DNA of 35,715 bases, from IMG/VR virus record IMGVR_UViG_3300037423_000638, positions 1 to 35,715 of that record, one strand, 5' to 3'. A program made the translations under genes and the position numbers. Positions 1-6,326 of the stretch are shown here, piece after piece. The notes beneath the pieces were generated by a model, which had not been told where the DNA came from, did no database searches, and saw only the letters and a list, made by a program, of their open reading frames with translations. Numbering within the stretch: position 1 is the first letter of the stretch; every line of letters begins with the position of its first letter. The stretch is from a virus. Its lineage: Duplodnaviria; Caudoviricetes.

Positions 1-54
1 TGCGCCTACGCCATCCGCTCTATTAGCACCACCGAGAGTAAATGCGATGCGTGA
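1..54 (+). CDS. 3' end of an upstream gene (partial)
   Basis: Frame 1 is open from base 1 to TGA at 52-54 and overlaps the ATG at 47, as in a coupled phage early operon. Confidence 0.35.
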   Translation, partial: CAYAIRSISTTESKCDA

Positions 55-511
55 CCTGATGAACGCTCTCTGGTGGTGGAACTGGCGGCGGCGCTTTAGA
101 CGGGCGGCGTTGCTGGATTTGCGAAGCCGATCAGGCACCTTATCAGCCCGCCGCGAACTAGCACGGCGAATCAACGTGGAGATGCGAATGAGTGATGCAC
201 AGCGAGAGGAGCTTCTACCGTGCCCGTTTTGCGGCGGAATGCCGGCGATATTCGCAAGCAGCGACCACTCGACGGCGTGGGAAGGCGGCTGCGGAAACGA
301 AGACTGCAAGATGCAGCCGCAGGTGTGGGAGCTTGACGAAGCAACGGCCATCGCCGCATGGAACCGTCGCGCATCCCCCGACGAACACCTGCTGCGACAG
401 GCGGCAGAGGCGCTGGAGAAATCTTACGACGCAACGGAATGGCCTGCGGACGGAACGTCACTGCAAGAGCAAGTCGCCGCCGCGCTGCGTCAGCGCATAG
501 GGAGAGGGTGA
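47..511 (+). CDS. Lar-family (restriction alleviation-like) zinc-ribbon protein; the real start may be ATG 188
   Basis: LLPCPFCGG...C-x4-C...EATAIAAWNRR is the typical Lar-family pattern. GGAG at 178-181 precedes ATG 188. Confidence 0.75.
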   Translation: MRDLMNALWWWNWRRRFRRAALLDLRSRSGTLSARRELARRINVEMRMSDAQREELLPCPFCGGMPAIFASSDHSTAWEGGCGNEDCKMQPQVWELDEATAIAAWNRRASPDEHLLRQAAEALEKSYDATEWPADGTSLQEQVAAALRQRIGRG

Positions 512-792
512 TGCTCGGATACATGACCGCCAAACAAGCCCTTGCGAGCGGCTTCACGCACCACGGCAAGTATTTCGGAATCCCCCTATGGGTCGGTAAT
601 CCAGACGACCCCAACGGAGGGATGCTCGTGGCTGCCAAGTGGGCGCCGATGGAATACGTGATGACGGCCTTCCACTACGTCGAAGGCTTTATGCGATCGG
701 TCCTGTTTCCCGAGGACGAGCCGATGTTTCAGTTTCTCATTGGGCAACCGATCGCGCGCACTCCCCCTCAGGACTCCGGGAGCAGCAAATGA
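511..792 (+). CDS. phage hypothetical protein (MLGYMTAKQALASGFTHHGKYFGIP...)
   Basis: TGATG overlap with the upstream stop, GGAGAGG SD, protein-like composition. Confidence 0.7.
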   Translation: MLGYMTAKQALASGFTHHGKYFGIPLWVGNPDDPNGGMLVAAKWAPMEYVMTAFHYVEGFMRSVLFPEDEPMFQFLIGQPIARTPPQDSGSSK

Positions 793-1238
793 GCATCGGC
801 AGCCGCGAAGAAACGAAGAACCGGCTGCTGTCCGAAATGGACGCGTTGATGCGCAGCCTGCGCAAGTGCGACACGCAAGCAGCAGCAATTGACTGGATGA
901 CCCGCGCCTACAACGCCATGGACGGCGCAACGCGGCTGATCGCCGACATGGAGCGCATGGTGCGAGAAGAGTCGTCGCAGCAGCGCGGGCTGATCTTCCA
1001 GATTGCACCGCCCACGTTGGAGATCGTGCAGTCCATTCCTCCGGTCATCGCGCATCGACATGTCGAAGGGAAGAAGCCGAACTACACGACCCACAGCGGG
1101 CAGACCGTCGTCTATCCCGACTTCTTCCTGCATCCAGGCCTGAAGCCCGCACCGCGCGCCTGGACGCGAGCGGACACGCTACGCCTTGAGGCGGCGGCAA
1201 AGATGGGGCCGCGCCGGATCGTGCGCAAGGGTCAATGA
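789..1238 (+). CDS. phage hypothetical protein
   Basis: ATGA overlap at 789-792; helical N-terminal half (MSIGSREETKNRLLSEMDALMRSL). Confidence 0.65.
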   Translation: MSIGSREETKNRLLSEMDALMRSLRKCDTQAAAIDWMTRAYNAMDGATRLIADMERMVREESSQQRGLIFQIAPPTLEIVQSIPPVIAHRHVEGKKPNYTTHSGQTVVYPDFFLHPGLKPAPRAWTRADTLRLEAAAKMGPRRIVRKGQ

Positions 1239-1256
1239 GCAGCAAGGAATAGCAGT

Positions 1257-1526
1257 ATGAGCGATCTGACGCGACAACAGTTATGCGCGCAGCTCCAGGT
1301 GAGCGAATCGACCGTGCGCAGATGGGAGTTGGACGGCATGCCGTTCACTCCTGCGGGAAATCGGCCCCGCTATGATCTGGCCGAAGTCAAATCTTGGCTG
1401 AGGGGACGCGGGTGTCAATCTGGAAGGACAAGGACGGGCGTTACCACGTCGGAGTTATGCGCGGCGGCAAACGCCTTCACCGCAAGCTACCGCAAGGCGC
1501 ATCTAAGGGTGATGCCAAAGACCTAG
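1257..1526 (+). CDS. xis: excisionase / MerR-like winged-HTH DNA-binding protein
   Basis: LTRQQLCAQLQVSESTVRRWELDGMP...PRYDLAEVKSWL HTH pattern; directly upstream of and overlapping the integrase. Confidence 0.8.
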   Translation: MSDLTRQQLCAQLQVSESTVRRWELDGMPFTPAGNRPRYDLAEVKSWLRGRGCQSGRTRTGVTTSELCAAANAFTASYRKAHLRVMPKT

Positions 1527-2368
1527 AGGCCGCACTGCTGCAATCCGTGGCGGCCCGCAAAGCACCCTCCATCCCACAAGACCCGCTCATGACCGCAATC
1601 CTTGGCCTGTACATCGAGCACGCGAAGTCCTTGCGCAGCCCCGACACGGCCACGCACCACGCGAACCGGCTCGGGCCGTGGGCCGAGAACTTCCGCGCCA
1701 GCCAAGCGCGCGAGATGGCCGCCAAGATCGTCAACGACATGCGCGAGCACTATGCGCCTGCGACCATCAACCGCAGTCTGAGCGCCCTGCGCACAGCCCT
1801 GACGATCGCCTGGGAGCGAGGGTTGACCGCCGAGAACTTCGGCCTGCGCATCAAGCGCCTGCCCGAGAAGAACCTGCGGGACATGACGCTGAGCATGGAG
1901 CAGGTAAGACAACTGGCCGAGGCGTCCAGTGAGCAGGTGCGCGCCGCGATTTACATCGCCATCTTCACCGCCCTGCGCCGAGGCGAGATATTGAGTCTTC
2001 GCCGGGAAGACGTCGCCGCGGATCACCTCACGGTGCGCGCCGGCAACACGAAGACGCTCAAGGCCCGCACCGTGCCGATCGTGCCGCCGCTTCGCCCGTG
2101 GCTTGAGTACATCCCACTCAAGATCACGGCCGAGGGGCTGAAAACGGGCTTCCGGCACGCGCGAACCAGGGCGATGATGCCGTGGGTCAGCTTCCACGAT
2201 CTGCGCCGCTCATGCGCGACCCTGATGATCGAAAGCAAGGTGGACCTGTACGCCGTCTCCCGGCTGCTGGGGCATTCGTCCGTCGCCGTGACTCAGGCGC
2301 GGTACGCCCACATGCAGGACGATCAGGTGCGCGCTGGGCTGGAAAAGACGTTCGGGAGGATTGGATGA
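1412..2368 (+). CDS. int: tyrosine recombinase (phage integrase)
   Basis: Catalytic motifs TALRRGEI (R), TKT (K), FHDLRRS (HxxR), LLGHSS (H) and QARYAH (Y). GTG start at 1412 with GAGGGG SD. Adjacent to attP. Confidence 0.95.
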   Translation: MSIWKDKDGRYHVGVMRGGKRLHRKLPQGASKGDAKDLEAALLQSVAARKAPSIPQDPLMTAILGLYIEHAKSLRSPDTATHHANRLGPWAENFRASQAREMAAKIVNDMREHYAPATINRSLSALRTALTIAWERGLTAENFGLRIKRLPEKNLRDMTLSMEQVRQLAEASSEQVRAAIYIAIFTALRRGEILSLRREDVAADHLTVRAGNTKTLKARTVPIVPPLRPWLEYIPLKITAEGLKTGFRHARTRAMMPWVSFHDLRRSCATLMIESKVDLYAVSRLLGHSSVAVTQARYAHMQDDQVRAGLEKTFGRIG

Positions 2369-3366
2369 ACTACACCCGGAATTACACCCGGCGTATGGAC
2401 CTCATGGCGAAGATGGCCGGTTTTCATTGGTGGGTGATGCAGGGTTTGAACCTGCGACCCCTGCCGTGTGAAGGCGATGGCGCGGCACGCCATGCCTCAT
2501 CTTTCCCTTGGTGGACAAGGGCTTGGCGGGCACTGAAAGCCACTGCTCAGCAGCGGTTTACACCCAAATTGCACCTGGCGCTGGCTATCGCCCTCGCCCT
2601 CCCCGCCCACGCCCTGGAGGCATCCGCCACCAACGGCCGGATGACTGCTACCGCGTATCACTACACCGGCTGGGCCATCTGCTCCCTGACCCTGGATGGC
2701 TATCAGTACGTCGATGCCGCCGATCACGGCCGGTGCCTGCAGTCTGCGGTCTCGTTTGATTGGCAGGGTGAGGCCTTCAACCCGACCGAGGCCGGATCGG
2801 TGAAGGACGGCCCGACCTACCTGCCTAGCACCACCTTGCTCTACGCCTTTCAGGCGGCCGGCGACAAGATGGCAACCGAAGTGCAGATGGCCTACTGGCA
2901 GGGGGGCTTGTCGGGCCACGTCCTGCGCAAGTTCCTGTGGGTGGGCTACGGCGGCAGGAACATCATCGAGCACCGCATCGCCTTCGAGCCGCCCTATTCC
3001 GAAGTGCACTCGATGGGGCAGTATGAGGTGCTGACGGGCTACATGCCGCGCGGGTTCTCGCATTTGCGCAGCTACGATCCGACCACCAAGACCTTGGCCG
3101 AGCTGTCGGACGGGCCCGGCGAGCAGGCGCTGCCGGTGGTGATGTGCACGCCCGATGACCAGCACTGCGCCGGGGTCTATTCGCCCCTGCCGCTGGTCGG
3201 TGGCGGTTACGGGCGCTGGCGCTTTGTGGACTGCGTGAAGTGGAACATGGTGGTGCGGTATGCGAACCCCAAAGGGGTGTACCGGTTCCGGGTGTTCTCT
3301 GCTTACGGGACACTGGCGGAAGTGCGCGAATCGATGGATTGGCTGTATTCGACGCAGCCGCGATAA
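2365..3366 (+). CDS. exported or membrane-anchored beta-rich hypothetical protein whose ORF spans attP
   Basis: ATGA overlap with the int stop and GGAGG 5 nt upstream. Hydrophobic segment LHLALAIALALPAHA with an AxA site, then a globular domain (DAADHGRCLQSAVSFD...FNPTEAGS). The start is uncertain (alternative TTG 2569). Confidence 0.7.
   Translation: MNYTRNYTRRMDLMAKMAGFHWWVMQGLNLRPLPCEGDGAARHASSFPWWTRAWRALKATAQQRFTPKLHLALAIALALPAHALEASATNGRMTATAYHYTGWAICSLTLDGYQYVDAADHGRCLQSAVSFDWQGEAFNPTEAGSVKDGPTYLPSTTLLYAFQAAGDKMATEVQMAYWQGGLSGHVLRKFLWVGYGGRNIIEHRIAFEPPYSEVHSMGQYEVLTGYMPRGFSHLRSYDPTTKTLAELSDGPGEQALPVVMCTPDDQHCAGVYSPLPLVGGGYGRWRFVDCVKWNMVVRYANPKGVYRFRVFSAYGTLAEVRESMDWLYSTQPR
2370..2391. 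repeat. tandem TACACCCGG direct repeats; candidate integrase arm-type sites (left arm)
   Basis: TACACCCGG at 2371-2379 and 2383-2391; related TTACACCC and TTGCACCT on the other side of the core. Confidence 0.6.
2428..2475 (-). mobile_element. attP core: 3' half of a tRNA-Val(CAC) gene
   Basis: The minus strand reads GCCTTCACACGGCAGGGGTCGCAGGTTCAAACCCTGCATCACCCACCA: anticodon loop TTCACAC, T-arm GCAGG-TTCAAAC-CCTGC, 3' CCA. There is no D-arm or 5' acceptor strand. It lies about 60 bp past the int stop. Confidence 0.9.
2558..2576. repeat. candidate integrase arm-type sites (right arm)
   Basis: TTACACCC (2558-2565) and TTGCACCT (2569-2576) resemble the left-arm repeats. Confidence 0.5.
3335..3366 (+). 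repeat. copy 1 of a 32-bp imperfect direct repeat (gene 3' end, DWLYSTQPR*)
   Basis: 27/32 identical to 3749-3780. Confidence 0.85.
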
Positions 3367-3391
3367 CATCAACCCGTACACGGAGAGCCGA

Positions 3392-3739
3392 ATGACTGAT
3401 CGACAACAACACTTCGATGACGCGCGCGTTCGCACCATCGTGGATGCGATTACGGCGACGGCGTGGCACCACCGAAACGACGACAGCCCGCGCGAACTGC
3501 GCGCGGCGGTGGAGCAGATTGCCAAGCCTGCCCTCCAGCATCCAGAAGCCGCGCACGGCTGGGTGCGGGTTCCGCATCGGCACATTGCCAACATTCTGAA
3601 CTTGATCGACCCCGCGCCCATCATGGCTGCGGACGGAAAGACCTATGTGTTCAAGGATCCCATGGCGGTCGAGAGGTTGATCGTGCTGAGCGCCGAAGTC
3701 CGCGCTTTGACGGACGCTATGAAGGGGCCGCTGGATTGA
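3392..3739 (+). CDS. phage hypothetical protein (inserted cassette)
   Basis: GGAGAG SD at 3382-3387, ATG 3392; flanked by the 32-bp repeats. Confidence 0.65.
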   Translation: MTDRQQHFDDARVRTIVDAITATAWHHRNDDSPRELRAAVEQIAKPALQHPEAAHGWVRVPHRHIANILNLIDPAPIMAADGKTYVFKDPMAVERLIVLSAEVRALTDAMKGPLD

Positions 3740-3748
3740 GATGGAGTC

Positions 3749-3780
3749 TGGATTGGCTGTACGCTACGCAGCCGCGGTGA
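3749..3780 (+). repeat. copy 2 of the 32-bp repeat (orphan gene 3' end, DWLYATQPR*)
   Basis: 27/32 identical to 3335-3366; encodes almost the same peptide plus a stop. Confidence 0.85.
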
Positions 3781-3781
3781 G

Positions 3782-3845
3782 GGTGTTTTGTGATGGCGAA
3801 ATGCGCAGGCCGGAGATCAACACCGGCCCCCAATCACAAAGCATC
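3782..3845 (+). promoter_or_regulatory. long interrupted hairpin where convergent transcription units meet
   Basis: GGTGTTTTGTGAT (3782-3794) pairs with ATCACAAAGCATC (3833-3845), 13 bp with 2 G-U. Inner stem GGCCGG (3808-3813) / CCGGCC (3823-3828). Confidence 0.5.
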
Positions 3846-3850
3846 TATCG

Positions 3851-4171
3851 TCAAGCTGCCAGCTTCAGCGCCACGACAACCCAAGTGCCCGTGAAGGCGC
3901 CCACGCTGCCCGGTAGTAGCAGCCAGCGGTCCTGGGTATACCCGATCACCGCCAGCGCACCGAGGACGAACAGGGCGACGGCCCACAGCGAAGCGGCGAC
4001 GGGACTGCCGAATTTCACCGAAGCGACGTACAGCGCCCACGCGCCATCCGTGAGCGTCATCGCAACGAACGCCGCGATCCAGCGCCAGACATGCCACGCA
4101 AGACGCGACTGCTTGCAGCACTGGAAGGGGTAGTAGCACGGCGCGGCACCCCAGATGCGGCAGCGCTTCAT
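3851..4171 (-). CDS. small multi-pass membrane protein
   Basis: About 3 hydrophobic segments; ATGA overlap with the phosphoesterase stop. Confidence 0.65.
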   Translation of the reverse strand: MKRCRIWGAAPCYYPFQCCKQSRLAWHVWRWIAAFVAMTLTDGAWALYVASVKFGSPVAASLWAVALFVLGALAVIGYTQDRWLLLPGSVGAFTGTWVVVALKLAA

Positions 4172-5400
4172 GTCGCGAACTCCAGCCAGCGCGTGTTGAC
4201 CGCACGCCGGCGATCCTCAAGGTGCACCGGCATCGAGAACGTGATGCCTCGCTCGCTGTGTGTCAGCCATAGGGCTTGCTGCGGCGGCTCAAAGCCGAAG
4301 TTGTTGGACGCCGCGTATTCGTCGTAGCCCTTCAGGCTGCCGTTCACGATGAATCGCTGCAGCATGATCAGCTGGTGCCAATGGCCCATCAGCAGGGTGT
4401 CGAACCCCAGATCCAGTTGCGCATCGCGGCTGCGCTTCTTGTGGTCGCCGCGGGCGATCGGCCCAAGTGCGCCGATCATGCCGTCCCCGCCTCGAAACTG
4501 GTCGCCGTGCGTGAGGCAGTACCGATGCCCGAAGACCGTCCAGTGCGCGTCGGAGCCGTCGGGGATGTAGAACTGGATGCGCCTGTCGCCCTCGAAGTGG
4601 CGCGCCAGCACCTGGTAGAGCAGCCAATCGAAATTAGTGTAGTTGCGCCCCTTGGCCCGAGGCTTCTTCGTGTTGCGGCCGTGGTTGCCAGTGACGCAGG
4701 GAACGAAGACGCGCCCGAACGCGTCGGCCAGCATGCCGATCGCGCGCACCAAGCAGTCGCGCAGGTCCAGCCAGGCCACCATTACCGGGACGTCATTCGT
4801 CTCGCTCAACTCCTCGTGGATGTCGCCGCTGAGCATGTCGCCGCCGAGAGCAAGCACGATGCCCGGGTAGTTCGGCGCCACCATGTGATGCATGCACAGG
4901 TCGATCGTACGCTCGACGGCCGTGCGCAGCCGGCGCTGCGCGATGGCGATGTCGTACTCGTTGACGCCATTGATCTGCGCCGGAAAAACCTTCTCACCCC
5001 AGTGCAGATCGGACAGCAGCAGCGTCGGGACATGCAGGCCGCCTTTGGTCACGCGGGCGGGGTTGAGCCACAGCGGTGGGTTGGCCGCAGCTGCAGCCAT
5101 CTTCAGGATCTGGCGCTTGACGTACTCGTCGTCGAGCGAAGCCTTTTCGGCGGCGCAGAGTCTGGCACGCAGCTCGCGCACCTCGTCCAGTAGTTCCGGC
5201 GTTCCCGGCGGCGCGTTCACGACTGCGCGCCCGTCCTGAGCCACGGCGAGGGTGATGCCTTCGCGGTTTTCAAGCTTCCGTCGACGCGCCTGCACGCCGC
5301 GGACATCGACGCCAAGGTGGCGCGCGACAGCCGAGGGGCTGCCGCCGAATTGGGCCCAGGTCTGCTTGAGCTGTTCGTCCGTATATTGGGCTTTGGGCAT
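4168..5400 (-). CDS. calcineurin-like metallophosphoesterase with N-terminal HTH
   Basis: Motifs SDLH, LGGD, GNHG, HGD, GHWH; N-terminal GGSPSAVARHLGVDVRGVQARRRKL HTH-like segment. Confidence 0.88.
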   Translation of the reverse strand: MPKAQYTDEQLKQTWAQFGGSPSAVARHLGVDVRGVQARRRKLENREGITLAVAQDGRAVVNAPPGTPELLDEVRELRARLCAAEKASLDDEYVKRQILKMAAAAANPPLWLNPARVTKGGLHVPTLLLSDLHWGEKVFPAQINGVNEYDIAIAQRRLRTAVERTIDLCMHHMVAPNYPGIVLALGGDMLSGDIHEELSETNDVPVMVAWLDLRDCLVRAIGMLADAFGRVFVPCVTGNHGRNTKKPRAKGRNYTNFDWLLYQVLARHFEGDRRIQFYIPDGSDAHWTVFGHRYCLTHGDQFRGGDGMIGALGPIARGDHKKRSRDAQLDLGFDTLLMGHWHQLIMLQRFIVNGSLKGYDEYAASNNFGFEPPQQALWLTHSERGITFSMPVHLEDRRRAVNTRWLEFAT

Positions 5401-5402
5401 CT

Positions 5403-5795
5403 TCAGTCCTTCGGCACCAGCAGATTCACCAGGACGTGAATCACGCGATGTTCGACCCCATCGAGCGTTTCCTGCGTCACCGTGGAGGCTTCCTTGGCTG
5501 TTTCGATCAGCTCCTTCAGGAAGATGTGCAGCACTTCATGGCAGGCGATCTCTTCGACACTCTGCCCGGTCACGGGCGTAGCCCCGAAGTCCTGGCCGAT
5601 CGCATAGGTGGCCAGCCGCGCCCCCATATCCATCCGGTTGACTTCGGCCATGTTCGCCTTGCCAGCCGACTTGGAGGACCGCGCGATGCGCCAATCATTC
5701 AGGTTGAGCTTGTTCTGCCATTCGTGCACGAACAACGCGAAAGCATCCTCGTCCGTTGCCGTCACGGGGTTCATAGCTGGCTTGCGCTTGTTCAC
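5403..5795 (-). CDS. HEXXH zinc-metallopeptidase-like small protein
   Basis: IACHEVLHIFL motif. GTG 5795 overlaps the upstream stop (alternative ATG 5774). Confidence 0.7.
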   Translation of the reverse strand: MNKRKPAMNPVTATDEDAFALFVHEWQNKLNLNDWRIARSSKSAGKANMAEVNRMDMGARLATYAIGQDFGATPVTGQSVEEIACHEVLHIFLKELIETAKEASTVTQETLDGVEHRVIHVLVNLLVPKD

Positions 5796-5938
5796 TGGCT
5801 GCTCCCGAAAATCCAGATGCCGGCAGCGCAGACCGCGACGCCCACCGAGATGCCTTCCAGCGGGTAACCCGCCAGCCATCCCACGGCCCAGCAGGCCAAG
5901 ACAACGCCCGCACAGACGCGGGCCAGAAGCGTAGGCAT
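5792..5938 (-). CDS. 48-aa two-TM membrane protein
   Basis: MPTLLARVCAGVVLACWAVGWLAG...ISVGVAVCAAGIWIFG; coupled to the next gene. Confidence 0.55.
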   Translation of the reverse strand: MPTLLARVCAGVVLACWAVGWLAGYPLEGISVGVAVCAAGIWIFGSSQ

Positions 5939-5951
5939 GACAAACCCTTCA

Positions 5952-5967
5952 GGGCCGATTTCGGCCC
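5952..5967. promoter_or_regulatory. palindrome GGGCCGA-TT-TCGGCCC in a divergent intergenic gap
   Basis: Perfect 7-bp arms between the divergent genes starting at 5938 (-) and 6009 (+). Confidence 0.4.
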
Positions 5968-6008
5968 GAGTTGTGACTTCGGTGGTGAAACTTCCTAGAA
6001 TGGGCGGC

Positions 6009-6326
6009 ATGCTGCTCAGGCTGCTGCCCCTTGTCGTGCTCGTCGCGTGCTCAGACGCCGGGCCGTCATTTCCGAAGGCAACGGCAGCCGAACGCGCAGA
6101 CGCTGCGCAATCAGCGCTTGCGAAAATCCCGCCCTTGCGCTCGTACCACTACGACCGCGGCGAGCTCCTGGTCTTCGATGTGCCCGTGCCAATCACGCGT
6201 ACGATCACCGGCACTCAGACTTGCATCCTCTGGCGGGACGCTGAACTGAAGACTGCGACGATGCAGTGTCCGGTCGACACGCCCGATCCGCCGATGCGCT
6301 CGGCGCAGGACTCCTCGCGCTTCTAG
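6009..6326 (+). CDS. lipoprotein moron (possible superinfection exclusion)
   Basis: MLLRLLPLVVLVAC lipobox. It is the only plus-strand gene in the late region. TAGAAT -10-like box at 5996-6001. Alternative start ATG 6000. Confidence 0.75.
   Translation: MLLRLLPLVVLVACSDAGPSFPKATAAERADAAQSALAKIPPLRSYHYDRGELLVFDVPVPITRTITGTQTCILWRDAELKTATMQCPVDTPDPPMRSAQDSSRF

Noticed and set aside
1412-1526. xis/int overlap as a novel feature
   Set aside because: Overlapping xis-int arrangements are common in temperate phages; no slippery site was identified.
2182-2364. N-terminal extension of the 394-aa ORF in the track
   Set aside because: It overlaps the integrase catalytic region in another frame; ATG 2365 has the SD and the coupling.
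2428-2500. Complete phage-encoded tRNA gene
   Set aside because: Only the anticodon loop to CCA is present; the sequence beyond 2475 gives no D-arm or 5' acceptor strand. It is an att core.
3335-3780. Diversity-generating retroelement VR/TR pair
   Set aside because: The repeat is only 32 bp, the mismatches are not adenine-specific on either strand, and there is no reverse transcriptase in the window.
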